DNA of 64,000 nucleotides from Actinomycetota bacterium (GTDB lineage: Bacteria > Actinomycetota > Thermoleophilia > BMS3ABIN01). Location of the stretch: contig JAMCPM010000006.1 in the NCBI GenBank assembly GCA_023382335.1, positions 70,372 through 134,371 of the forward strand, given 5' to 3'. Below are positions 9,838-19,229 of the stretch, piece after piece (position 1 is the stretch's first letter; every line of letters starts with the position of its first letter). Below the pieces are notes generated by a model. That model was not told the DNA's origin. It did not search any database and saw nothing but the letters and a program-made list of their open reading frames with translations. Made by a program: the position numbers and the translations under genes.

Positions 9838-10422
9838 CTATTCTCGTTCGATCGAATAGATTGGATGTAATTCATTCCAGCCATGCTCCGCATCCAAAAC
9901 ATAGTCGCCTAACACTTTGACACGATCTCCTGCTTTTGGTGTAAGAATTGGATAGGTAAAGCCCCTACACGCATCTTTTGCGTCCTCTTGCGTAATATTG
10001 TTCTGGCAAACCGGCTCGAGCACCAAATCGCCATGCTGACCGTCAACGTTCTTTTGGTTCAACATGCCTGAATACTGTGAGTCTAAAGTTAGACGGATGT
10101 GATAATCACCATCCGCTTCCTTCTTTACTGCTGCGACTGTCCCGGTGACCGTTTTGCAATTCTCAATCCTGTGAAGGCGTTGAGGGTTGTACACATGGTT
10201 CCAAAGACTTTCGTCGCACTCACTGGAACTGGGAGATGTTGCAGTGACTGACAATGGTGGTGTGATTGCGCCGGTCGTGGAAGCAAGTGGCGCCATACCC
10301 TGATCAGATTTAAGTGTCGAGGAGCCTGATTCAGCGCAGCCTATGATTAGAACAACAGCAAAAGGCAGAATTAGAAAGATTCTCCGGAAAGAAAGTAGGA
10401 ACACAATTCCGATCCTGGCCAA
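9838..10422 (-). CDS. hypothetical secreted lipoprotein (Cys-rich, unknown function), AT-rich islet
   Basis: N-terminal signal peptide with a lipobox (LIIGC), Ser/Thr-rich linker and several conserved Cys. No recognisable domain. Confidence 0.55.
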   Translation of the reverse strand: MARIGIVFLLSFRRIFLILPFAVVLIIGCAESGSSTLKSDQGMAPLASTTGAITPPLSVTATSPSSSECDESLWNHVYNPQRLHRIENCKTVTGTVAAVKKEADGDYHIRLTLDSQYSGMLNQKNVDGQHGDLVLEPVCQNNITQEDAKDACRGFTYPILTPKAGDRVKVLGDYVLDAEHGWNELHPIYSIERE

Positions 10423-10605
10423 TTTTGATAGGAAGATTATTTTAACGCCTGATCGCAGTCATGTATATAGATAGACCCAGACGGAAAAGGCCGCCTGGAG
10501 GGCGGCCCAATAGTTGCAATCAACTTCACATCAAGTCAGGCAGGGGCCAAAGACTCACGAAAGCGATCAGAGTCCACACAGTTCGTCAGGCGTACCAGCT
10601 CCCTC

Positions 10606-12240
10606 CTAGAACCAGTGCCGCAGCCACCACTTCTCGAAAGCTACCTTGCCCCAGTGCGCGGGATGCGTCGGCGGGTATAACCGCACCGCCGGCTCGGGTT
10701 CCGCGTAGAAGTTGCCCGCGGCAAATCCGGCCTTGCCGCCGCCAAGCTCCAGCCAGCAGTAGCCGTGGCCCTCGAATGTCGCCTCCGGCGTCTTGCCTTC
10801 GATCTCGGCGACGATCCTGTCGGCTACGACCCCGGCTTCAGAGTGGGCGAAGACGCCCGCCATGGGAAGATTCTTGCCGTTCGCCAGCCGGATATTGTTG
10901 ACGTCGCCGATGGCGTATACGCCCTCGTGCTCGGTCTGAAGCGTATTCGCGTCTACATGTATCCACCCGGAGGAGCCGAGCAGGCCGGAGTAACCCACAA
11001 CCTCGGGCGCCCGGTGAGGAGGAACGGCCAGGAGCAGGTCGACCTCCTGGGGATCACCGCTGGATTGAGTGATGGTGTGGTCGCCGGGGCTTATCCACTC
11101 GAAGGTGAACAGCGGATGGTAGCCGATGCCGCGCTTCTTGAGCACTTTTGATATGGCGTCGCCCATCGCCGCTCCTGCTATGGGCATTGGCTGATGCTCG
11201 GGAGTATAGATATCAACCTTCGACCTTTCCCGCACACCCTTTTTCCGCAGGAAGGAATCCACCAGAAGCGCAGCTTCGTACGGCGCCGCCGGGCATTTGA
11301 AAGGCATGTCGGTGACAAGCACTCCGACCTTGCCGCCGGAAAAATCGTCCAGGGCGGCCTGTATCCTTGCCGTTCCTTCCAGGTCGTAGAGGTTGAGGGC
11401 CATCTCATCAAAACCCAACACTTCCTGCGGAGCCAGCTCCGCCCCCAGCGCCACTATCAGGAAGTCAAAATCGACTTCCTGCGACGGGGTTCTCACCAGC
11501 TTGCGGTCCATATCTATCTGCACCGCCGGCTCGTTGATGAACTCGACTCCCTTTTTAACCAGGTCCGACAGTGGACGCTGGATCTGCTCGGCGCTGCGCA
11601 GGCCGACCGCGCGCCAGAGCAGCGATGACTGGAAGAGGTGATTGGGTTCGCGGTCCATGACGATGATCCGATGGCCCTTGGGAAGCTTCTTGCGCAGGTG
11701 ATAGGCAGCCACCAGGCCGCCGGCCCCTCCACCGAGGATGAGGATGTTGGCGCCCCATGCCCGCCCGGAGCGCCGCGGTGCTGCCTGGGGCGCAGGCTTC
11801 GCTTCGCCCGGCGCCACCGGCTCCTCGTATATTTTTTCTACCGCGGCCGTGAAGCCGGCCTCGTTAAACTCGCTCTCCCACAAGATCACCTTGCCGTCGG
11901 GACCTACGAGAATAGAGTATGGCACCCAACCATTGCTGAGCTGCTTGAACAGCGTTCCGTCTTCGTCGGGGATAACGTCGAAAGGAAGACCGTACTCTTC
12001 CTTCCATTGATCGCAGGCTTCCTTCGTTTCATACGGGCCCACGTAAACGGCCGAGAATCCTTTGGAGGAGAAGCGCTCATACAGGCGCTTTACAGCGGGG
12101 GCCTCCCGCCTGCAACCCTGTCACTGCCCTTTCCAGAAAACGATGAGCAACCCCTTGTCGGGAGCAGGCAGACCCAGCTCCTGTAAAGCGATAGCCTGCC
12201 CTTCGGAAACGCCTTTTTGGCCTTCATCGATGACTTTCAT
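10606..12240 (-). CDS. candidate selenoprotein: TlpA/ResA-like thioredoxin domain (UxxC redox motif, TGA at 12121-12123) fused to sulfide:quinone oxidoreductase (SQR)-type flavoprotein
   Basis: ATG at 12240 with RBS AGGGGA. The frame reads MKVIDEGQKGVSEGQAIALQELGLPAPDKGLLIVFWKGQ-TGA-QGCRREAPAVKRLYERFSSKGFSAVYV.... This aligns to the TlpA/ResA motif FWASWCGPCRAEAP, with the TGA exactly at the first Cys. The frame then continues without interruption into the 478-aa ORF (GGGAGGLVAAYHL FAD-binding site, SQR catalytic Cys in FKCPAAPYE and GYCWLE). A stem-loop lies 6-31 nt downstream of the TGA (+ coordinates 12090-12115). Confidence 0.65.
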
Positions 12241-12291
12241 TCGATCCCCTTTCCGTAATGCCAGGTCGCGGTCCTGGCCATGAATTCGTGT

Positions 12292-12648
12292 TTAATGCTT
12301 CCTGTCCCCAGGGTATTTCCCCGTCTTCGTCACCGGGCAGCACGCCGGCGCTTCCAGGTCTCCCTCGTATAGTTTCCTTAAGAGTTTCAGGAGGTCCGGC
12401 ACGATCGGATCGACCAGGAAGTAGCAGCGCAGGCGGCCGTCCACGTAATAATCGATCAAGCCGTTCCTTCGGAGCATCCCCAGGTGCTGGGAGATATTCG
12501 GTTGACTTGCCTCCAGAAGCTCGTCAAAGTCGCTGACGCACCTGACGCCGTCCTCGAGCTGCTCGAGGATCTGGATCCTCAAAGGATGCCCCATTATCTT
12601 GAGCAGCTCGATCCGGTCGCGCTCGATATTTTTCGCTTTTGGTTTCAT
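12292..12648 (-). CDS. ArsR/SmtB-family HTH transcriptional regulator, SqrR/BigR-like (candidate persulfide sensor)
   Basis: HTH region HPLRIQILEQLEDGVRCVSDFDELLEASQPNISQHLGMLRRNGLI. Cys37 in helix alpha2 and C-terminal Cys103/104 (ACCPV) match the positions of the reactive Cys pair in SqrR/BigR. It sits directly upstream of the SQR-fusion gene on the same strand. Confidence 0.85.
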   Translation of the reverse strand: MKPKAKNIERDRIELLKIMGHPLRIQILEQLEDGVRCVSDFDELLEASQPNISQHLGMLRRNGLIDYYVDGRLRCYFLVDPIVPDLLKLLRKLYEGDLEAPACCPVTKTGKYPGDRKH

Positions 12649-12670
12649 CCCTCAGCTCCGTCAGCCGGAA

Positions 12671-12702
12671 ATATATAATGACATTATTACATGATTATAT
12701 AT
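12671..12702. promoter_or_regulatory. AT-rich imperfect inverted repeat (candidate ArsR-family operator / promoter) upstream of the regulator gene
   Basis: ATATATAATGACAT-TATTA-CATGATTATATAT, 23 nt upstream of the regulator ATG (minus strand). It also contains TATAAT-like hexamers. Confidence 0.35.
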
Positions 12703-12845
12703 CGTGTCAAGTCATGGATGCGCATCGTGGAATCGAAGCCCCGGCAAAAGGCCAAAGCCCCGGCCAAAGGCGATCCGGCCGGGGCGTAATTGGCAAGCTT
12801 GGGAGTAACTGACAAAGAAAGAAGAACAGGAAAAGCCCGGGGGGG

Positions 12846-13046
12846 CTATCCCTCCTCCTTGTCGTTCCATTGCCATTCTATATCTGCCCACCGCTCCCCT
12901 GAATCTTGCCGTGGCTCCCGAGAATCGTTCCTGACCGGCTCCTGCCTCTTCATCCTGGCGATAGAACCGGTAATGATGCAGATAACCGCGGTCATCACAT
13001 AGATGCCGATGGAAACCCCCGTGATCGGTAACATGGCCCCGTACAT
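12846..13046 (-). CDS. small membrane protein with LPxTG-like motif + TM + basic tail (paralog of 23831..23950)
   Basis: MYGAMLPITGVSIGIYVMTAVICIITGSIARMKRQEP.... A strong RBS (AGGGAAGGGG) precedes the ATG. It shares about half its residues with the mini-ORF at 23831. Confidence 0.45.
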   Translation of the reverse strand: MYGAMLPITGVSIGIYVMTAVICIITGSIARMKRQEPVRNDSREPRQDSGERWADIEWQWNDKEEG

Positions 13047-13168
13047 GATTACCCCTTCCCTCGAAACATTATCAATTTAGCTGTATCCGGAATATTCCAA
13101 TCCAAACTTCCCCGGACGATCCGGAGCCGGATAGGGTGGTAAATCCGAATATTGGGTATTAGAAAATC

Positions 13169-15229
13169 ATGGAACTGGACCGATTGTGCATCACCACCAT
13201 CCGGATGCTGGCCCTGGACGCCGTCGAGTGGGCAAACTCCGGCCACCCCGGCCTGCCGCTGGGCGCGGCGCCGTCAGCCTATGTTCTCTGGAGCCGATTT
13301 CTAAAATTTAATCCGTCCGACCCCTTCTGGCCCGACCGCGACCGCTTTGTCCTCTCCGCAGGGCATGGCTCCGCGCTGCTTTACGCCATGCTGCACCTGA
13401 CCGGCTACAAACTCTCGCTCAAGGAACTAAAGAACTTCCGCCAGTGGGGCAGCAAGACCCCGGGCCACCCCGAATACACGCCGGAAAATGGAATCGAGAC
13501 AACCACGGGCCCGCTGGGCCAGGGCTTCGCCGCCGGAGTAGGCATGGCCATGGCCGAGCGCCATCTTGCGGCCATCTTCAATCACGAAGAGCATCAAATC
13601 GTCGACCACCGCACCTACGCGATCGTCAGCGACGGCGATCTCATGGAAGGTATCAGCAGCGAGGCCGCTTCGCTGGCCGGCCACCTTGCCCTCGGAAAGC
13701 TCATATATATCTATGATAACAACCACATCTCACTCGCCGCCGACACGCGGCTGACATTCACCGAGGATGTTCGCAAACGTTTCCAAGCCTATGGATGGCA
13801 GGTCATCGATGTCGATGACGCCAACGACACCGCCAAGATTGAAAAAGCACTGACAAAGGCGCGCGATAACGAGCGCCAGCCCTCGCTGGTCATGATCGCC
13901 TCACACATTGGGTACGGCAGCCCCAAACAGGATACATTCGAGGTCCATGGCAGCCCCCTGAGCGCCGAAGATACCGCCGCTACGAAAGAATTCTACGGCT
14001 GGCCGCAGGAGCCCGCCTTCTTCATCCCCGGGGAAGTCCAGGCCCACATGAAAGAACCGGGTCAAAAAGGCAAGCTGCGCCAGGCGCAGTGGACTTCCAA
14101 TCTGGCTTCATATGGCGACAAGAATCCCGGGCTGATGAAACAATGGGACCTGATGATGAACGGCAAGCTTCCCAGAGGCTGGGACAAAGACATCCCTGTC
14201 TTCGAAGCCGGAACCGAGATCGCAACCAGAAAGGCTGCCGGCCAGGTGCTGAACGCCATCGCCGCCCGCGTTCCCTCGATCGTAGGCGGCTCGGCTGACC
14301 TCGACCCATCGACCAACACCGCTATCAAGGGTAAGGGTAGTTATCAACCACCCGGCACCGGTGACGATAGCATCCAGGGGGCGGTTCCGGGAGTCTGGGG
14401 CTACGCGGGCGCCAACATCGCCTACGGGGTGCGAGAACATGCCATGGCCGGCATAACCAGCGGGCTGGCGGTCCACGGCGGCCTGAGGCCCTTTGCCGCC
14501 ACCTTCTTCATCTTTTCCGATTACATGCGTCCGGCGATGCGCCTGGCGGCGATGATGAAGCTGCCCGCCATCTACGTATTTACTCACGATTCCGTCGGAC
14601 TGGGCCAGGACGGCCCCACCCATGAACCTGTCGAGCACCTGGCTTCCTTCAGAGCCATGCCCGGCATGACGGTGATCCGTCCATCCGACGCCAACGAGGC
14701 CGCCGAAGCCTGGCGTCTGACGCTCAAACGCAAAAGCGGCCCCATCGCGCTCATCCTGACCCGTCAGGGGCTGCCGGTCCTGGATCGCGGCAAATACGCA
14801 GCCGCCAGCGGCCTTGCCCGCGGCGCCTACATTCTCGCCGACACCTCTCCCGCCCATGGAGTTCCCGACCTGATCATAATCGCCACCGGCTCCGAAGTGC
14901 ATGTCGCCCTGGAGGCGTACGAAAGGCTGGCGAAAGAGGGCGACTGGGTCAGGCTCGTATCGATGCCCTCCTGGGAAATATTCGAGGAGCAGGATGTCGA
15001 CTACCGGCAGGAGGTCCTGCCTCCCGCCGTGACCCGGCGGCTGTCGGTCGAAGCCGGCGCCAGCCTCGGATGGCAGAAATACGTCGGCGACTCCGGCGAC
15101 ATCATCTCCATCGATCGCTTCGGGGCCTCGGCGCCTGGCGCCACGGTTCTGGAAAAATTGGGTATCTCTGCAGAAAACGTCTACGCGCATGCCCGAGCGC
15201 TGCTGAAAGACATAAAAGTAAAATCTTAG
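13169..15229 (+). CDS. tkt: transketolase
   Basis: [12 protein letters not shown]...[16 protein letters not shown] is the TPP-binding region; GEDGPTHEP appears as GQDGPTHEP. 686 aa. Confidence 0.95.
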   Translation: MELDRLCITTIRMLALDAVEWANSGHPGLPLGAAPSAYVLWSRFLKFNPSDPFWPDRDRFVLSAGHGSALLYAMLHLTGYKLSLKELKNFRQWGSKTPGHPEYTPENGIETTTGPLGQGFAAGVGMAMAERHLAAIFNHEEHQIVDHRTYAIVSDGDLMEGISSEAASLAGHLALGKLIYIYDNNHISLAADTRLTFTEDVRKRFQAYGWQVIDVDDANDTAKIEKALTKARDNERQPSLVMIASHIGYGSPKQDTFEVHGSPLSAEDTAATKEFYGWPQEPAFFIPGEVQAHMKEPGQKGKLRQAQWTSNLASYGDKNPGLMKQWDLMMNGKLPRGWDKDIPVFEAGTEIATRKAAGQVLNAIAARVPSIVGGSADLDPSTNTAIKGKGSYQPPGTGDDSIQGAVPGVWGYAGANIAYGVREHAMAGITSGLAVHGGLRPFAATFFIFSDYMRPAMRLAAMMKLPAIYVFTHDSVGLGQDGPTHEPVEHLASFRAMPGMTVIRPSDANEAAEAWRLTLKRKSGPIALILTRQGLPVLDRGKYAAASGLARGAYILADTSPAHGVPDLIIIATGSEVHVALEAYERLAKEGDWVRLVSMPSWEIFEEQDVDYRQEVLPPAVTRRLSVEAGASLGWQKYVGDSGDIISIDRFGASAPGATVLEKLGISAENVYAHARALLKDIKVKS

Positions 15230-15241
15230 GAGGAAAAGATA

Positions 15242-16393
15242 ATGAGCGAAAACGCGAATCCAATGCTGGCTCTGGAACAAATCGGACAGAGCGTCTGGAT
15301 CGATTATCTCAGCCGCGATCTGATCGAATCCGGCAGGCTGAAAAAACTGATGGACGAAGATGGCGTCAAGGGGGTCACTTCCAATCCAACGATCTTTCAA
15401 AAAGCGATCTCGGGAAGCAGGCTCTATGACGCATCGCTCCAGAAAACGGTGGCCGACGGCATCCTTGATGACAGGGAGATATTCCTGCGGCTGGAGATCG
15501 AGGACATCGTCGCCGCGGCCGACCTGCTGAGGCCCAAGTACGATGCCTCCGGGGGATGGGACGGTTTCGTCAGTATCGAGACCTCGCCCGATCTCGCCTA
15601 TGACGTCGACGCCACCATCAGGGAAGTAATGCGCCTCGCGGGCGCCGTCGGCCGTGAGAATGTCTTGATCAAGGTGCCGGCCACGGAAGCTGGACCGGCG
15701 GCCATCGAGCAGTTGGTCAGCGAGGGCTTCAACATCAACGTCACACTGCTCTTTTCCGTCTTCCGCTACCGGCAGGTCGTGGAAGCCTACATGAGCGGTC
15801 TGGAAAAGCGTCTGCACCGCGGCGATCCCATCGATGGGATCATGTCTGTGGCGAGCTTCTTTGTCAGCCGCGTTGATACTCTGGTGGACAATTGCTTAAA
15901 TAGCATGGCTGATGACGCCGAATCCACCCAGGAGCAGGAAACTCTTAAAGGCCTTATGGGCCTGGCGGCGGTAGCCAACGCCAGGCTCGCTTACCAGGAC
16001 TACAAGAAGATCTGCTCCAGCGACCGCTTCCAGAGGCTGGAAGCCGCCGGCGCCAACAAGCAGCGCCTGCTCTGGGCCAGCTCCAGCACCAAGAACCCGG
16101 AATACAGCGACATCAAGTACATCGAGGAACTGATCGCCCCGGAGACAATCAACACGATGACCGAGGACACCATCGAGGCCTTCCGCGATCACGGCCAGGT
16201 CCGCATCTCCATAGAGGACCACCTCGATGAGGCGCACGGCATCTTTGACCGTCTGGGCGATCTCGGCATCCAGGCCAGGCTCGTCGGCGAACAGCTCGAG
16301 AAAGAAGGCGTTAAAGCTTTTTCCGATTCCTTCCACAACCTGCTTGACGAGATCGATGACAGAAAAAAGCAAATACTCAACGAAGCCGCGTGA
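15242..16393 (+). CDS. tal: transaldolase (long actinobacterial/cyanobacterial-type)
   Basis: GVTSNPTIF motif, and the active-site Lys region IKVPATEAG. Confidence 0.9.
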   Translation: MSENANPMLALEQIGQSVWIDYLSRDLIESGRLKKLMDEDGVKGVTSNPTIFQKAISGSRLYDASLQKTVADGILDDREIFLRLEIEDIVAAADLLRPKYDASGGWDGFVSIETSPDLAYDVDATIREVMRLAGAVGRENVLIKVPATEAGPAAIEQLVSEGFNINVTLLFSVFRYRQVVEAYMSGLEKRLHRGDPIDGIMSVASFFVSRVDTLVDNCLNSMADDAESTQEQETLKGLMGLAAVANARLAYQDYKKICSSDRFQRLEAAGANKQRLLWASSSTKNPEYSDIKYIEELIAPETINTMTEDTIEAFRDHGQVRISIEDHLDEAHGIFDRLGDLGIQARLVGEQLEKEGVKAFSDSFHNLLDEIDDRKKQILNEAA

Positions 16394-16426
16394 GCAGATC
16401 ACGAATCTTGCTAGGCAGGCATCGCC

Positions 16427-17089
16427 ATGAGACTTGGTTTCGTCGGACTGGGAAAGATGGGCGGCAACATTGTCCAGAGGCTGCTGGAAGATGGTCACGA
16501 GATCGTAGCCCATGACCCCGACGCGCAAGCACTGAAACCGGCCGCCGCACGGGGAGCAATAGCAGTGGGGAACCTGGAATCCCTGGCCGCAACTCTGCAA
16601 GCGCCGCGCCTGGTCTGGCTCATGGTCCCTTCCGGACACGTTGCCGGGCAGGCGATCGCCGGACTCCAGCCACATCTCGAATCCGGCGACGTCATCGTCG
16701 ATGGCGGCAATTCTTACTACCGGGAGGTCGAAGGCTATGCTGAAGGATTCGAGCTGCTCCATTCCAAAACTGAATTCGATCTCGACCTGAAACAGGTCTC
16801 GGAGCTATGGACGCACGGCAGCGTCATCAGGTCCTGGCTGCTGGACCTGGCGATACTGGCATTCGGGCAGGACCCCAGCCTGGAGTCCATCGAGGGTTAC
16901 GTCGACGACACCGGCGAGGGACGCTGGACCGCCATCGAGTCGATCGAGTCGGCGATCCCGGCCCCGGCGCTCGTCCTCTCGCTGCAGCAAAGGTTCCGAT
17001 CGCGTCAGCAGAGTTCCTTTGCCGCCAGATTCATCGCCGCCGAAAGACAGCAGTTCGGCGGCCACGCGGTGAGAAAAAAGGGGAGCTGA
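16427..17089 (+). CDS. 6-phosphogluconate dehydrogenase (YqeC-type, NAD-binding) homolog with in-frame internal deletion; probable pseudogene/remnant
   Basis: N-terminal Rossmann domain MRLGFVGLGKMGGNIVQRL...VIVDGGNSYY joins directly to the C-terminal ...AEGFELL...GSVIRSWLLDL segment. The central substrate and catalytic region (the VKMVHNGIEYG block, about 90-110 aa) is missing. Confidence 0.5.
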   Translation: MRLGFVGLGKMGGNIVQRLLEDGHEIVAHDPDAQALKPAAARGAIAVGNLESLAATLQAPRLVWLMVPSGHVAGQAIAGLQPHLESGDVIVDGGNSYYREVEGYAEGFELLHSKTEFDLDLKQVSELWTHGSVIRSWLLDLAILAFGQDPSLESIEGYVDDTGEGRWTAIESIESAIPAPALVLSLQQRFRSRQQSSFAARFIAAERQQFGGHAVRKKGS

Positions 17090-17094
17090 GCCTC

Positions 17095-18633
17095 ATGGAC
17101 GATGTACAGCAGGCCACCGACGCACCCCCGATCCAGACGCAATACTGCGAGATCCCTCTGAAGCAGTACACCATGGAACCATTCGCGATGATGATCTTCG
17201 GCGGCGCCGGCGACCTCAGCCAGAACATGCTCATGCCAGCCTTGTATCACCTCTACCTCGACGGCGAGCTGCCAAAAGATTTCTTTGTTGCCGGCGCCGG
17301 CCTGCCAGCCATGTCCGATGAGGAATACCGCAACCTCATGTCGGAGGCCATGAAACGCAACGAGGAAAAATTAGACCAGAAGAAGTGGACGGAATTTAAG
17401 GAGCGTCTCTACTACATTTCCGGCGATTTCTCGAATAATGAAACCTATGAACAGCTTCGCGTCCTTGCGACCGAACTGGGAAAAAAATGCGGCAACAACA
17501 TCATTTACTATCTCGCCGTGGCTCCTTCATTCACCGAACAGGTCGTGAAGAAGCTCAAAGAGTTCAACCTTTGCCGTGGCGCTTTCAGGACCAAGCTTAT
17601 CCTGGAAAAACCATTCGGCCGCGACCACGCTTCAGCGGTCGAATTGAACACTGTGCTTCTGGAGGCTTTTGACGAGAGGCAGATCTACCGCATAGACCAT
17701 TATCTCGGCAAGGAGACCGTACAAAACATAACCTTTTTCCGCTTCTCCAACACTATCTTCGAAGAGCTCTGGAATCAGCATCACATCGACAACGTCCAGA
17801 TCACCGTGGCCGAATCTGAGGGCATCCGCCACCGCGGCGAGTTTTACGAAGGGACCGGCGTCGTGCGCGATATCGTCCAGAACCACTTGCTGCAACTGGT
17901 TTCTCTCATAGCCATGGAGCCACCGGCTTCGTTTGAGGCCGAGTCCCTGCGGGATGAGAAGGTGAAGGTGCTTCGCTCCATGGTCCCACTCGACCCCGAA
18001 GACGTGGATCGAAATTGCGTCCGGGGCCAGTTCGGGCCGGGTTTGCTCGATGGCAAAAAACTCAAAGGCTACAGGCAATCGGAAGGGATTCGCGAGGACT
18101 CCGTCACGCCGACCTTTTTCGCCGGGAAATTCCTGATCGCCAACTGGCGCTGGGCCGGGGTCCCGTTTTACGTGCGCACGGGAAAGAGGATGCCCAGACG
18201 CACAACCGAGATAGTGATCCAGTTCAAGCAGCCACCGCTTAAACTCTTTGACGCCAACTGCAACCAGCTTGAGCCCAACCTGCTGGTGCTAAAGATCCAG
18301 CCGGACGAAGATATCTTCCTGCGCTTCGGAGTCAAATATCCTTTCTCACCAAATCAGATCCATCCTGTCAAATTGGAGTTCAGCTCCCAGCGGACGTTCC
18401 ATGCCGAGCCACACCCGGTATACGAGAAGTTGCTGGTCGACTGCATGGAGGGAGATCCGACCCTGTTTGTCAGGCAGGATGCCGTACTGGCAATGTGGGA
18501 CGCCGTCGATCCCATCAACAAACGCTGGGAAGTAAAAAGGCCGGCTTTCCCCAACTACGAGTCCGGCACCTGGGGTCCTCCCGAGGCCGATCATCTGCTC
18601 GAGCGTGACGGCAGGCGCTGGCTCTCAGTCTGA
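17095..18633 (+). CDS. zwf: glucose-6-phosphate 1-dehydrogenase
   Basis: GGAGDL...P (GxxGDLA NADP site), RIDHYLGKE active site and Zwf C-terminal domain; 512 aa. ATG at 17095 has an AAGGGGAG RBS. The longer 16807 ORF is an upstream read-through over gnd and is rejected. Confidence 0.9.
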   Translation: MDDVQQATDAPPIQTQYCEIPLKQYTMEPFAMMIFGGAGDLSQNMLMPALYHLYLDGELPKDFFVAGAGLPAMSDEEYRNLMSEAMKRNEEKLDQKKWTEFKERLYYISGDFSNNETYEQLRVLATELGKKCGNNIIYYLAVAPSFTEQVVKKLKEFNLCRGAFRTKLILEKPFGRDHASAVELNTVLLEAFDERQIYRIDHYLGKETVQNITFFRFSNTIFEELWNQHHIDNVQITVAESEGIRHRGEFYEGTGVVRDIVQNHLLQLVSLIAMEPPASFEAESLRDEKVKVLRSMVPLDPEDVDRNCVRGQFGPGLLDGKKLKGYRQSEGIREDSVTPTFFAGKFLIANWRWAGVPFYVRTGKRMPRRTTEIVIQFKQPPLKLFDANCNQLEPNLLVLKIQPDEDIFLRFGVKYPFSPNQIHPVKLEFSSQRTFHAEPHPVYEKLLVDCMEGDPTLFVRQDAVLAMWDAVDPINKRWEVKRPAFPNYESGTWGPPEADHLLERDGRRWLSV

Positions 18634-19080
18634 CCCCTGCTGCTCCAGCTCCCTGACCTTCAACAGGCGCCTCCGGAAGCGCTCTTCGTCCTTGAAGTCA
18701 GCGGTGAGGAATATCTCCACAAGATCCATCGCCAGGGCATTGCCCACCACACGCCCGCCCAGGCAGATGACATTCATGTCATCGTCCTCCACCCCCTGGT
18801 GCGCGGAAAAAGCGTCGGTTATCAGCCCCGCGCGAGCGCCCGGCACCTTGTTGGCGGCGACGCAGGCACCAACGCCGCTGCCACAAACAACCACGCCTCT
18901 CGCCACTTCGCCTGCGGCAACAGCCCTTGCCAGCGGCACAACATAATCCGGATAATCATCAAGCGCCTCAAAATTGTCAGCGCCGAAGTCCACGACTTCA
19001 AAGTCGAGCGCCAGCAGAAACTCCTTCAGCCTCTGCTTGAGTTCAAAGCCTCCGTGGTCGGCGGCGATACCTACTTTCAA
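18625..19080 (-). CDS. rpiB: ribose-5-phosphate isomerase B
   Basis: KVGIAADHGGFELK...VVCGSGVGACVAANK is the RpiB/LacAB signature. TTG start at 19080 has an ideal AGGAGG RBS 5 nt upstream; the longer ATG-started ORF adds a non-conserved N-terminus. Confidence 0.85.
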   Translation of the reverse strand: MKVGIAADHGGFELKQRLKEFLLALDFEVVDFGADNFEALDDYPDYVVPLARAVAAGEVARGVVVCGSGVGACVAANKVPGARAGLITDAFSAHQGVEDDDMNVICLGGRVVGNALAMDLVEIFLTADFKDEERFRRRLLKVRELEQQGSD

Positions 19081-19229
19081 GTCATCCTCCTGATTCGTGC
19101 CTACCGGCGTGCGCCAGCAGAAAAGGGCATTTGACATCGCTCTTTCATTAAAGGGAATCTGGAATACTCAATACCCGGGAAGGGCATGAGCCTAACGGTG
19201 AATGACCACGAAACCGCGTGCCCGCCAGT

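Noticed and set aside
10461-10901. 146-aa Arg/Pro-rich plus-strand ORF overlapping the end of the SQR gene
   Set aside because: It has no RBS, is low-complexity, and is antisense to a conserved flavoprotein domain.
14108-15817. 569-aa ORF on the minus strand overlapping tkt and tal
   Set aside because: It is antisense to two strongly conserved genes. It is Arg/Gly/Asp-rich, typical of high-GC spurious frames, and has no recognisable motif.
16807-17094. N-terminal 96-aa extension of the zwf ORF in the ORF track
   Set aside because: It overlaps the gnd coding region in another frame and is Arg/Pro/Gly-rich. The internal ATG at 17095 has a good RBS and gives a canonical Zwf N-terminus.
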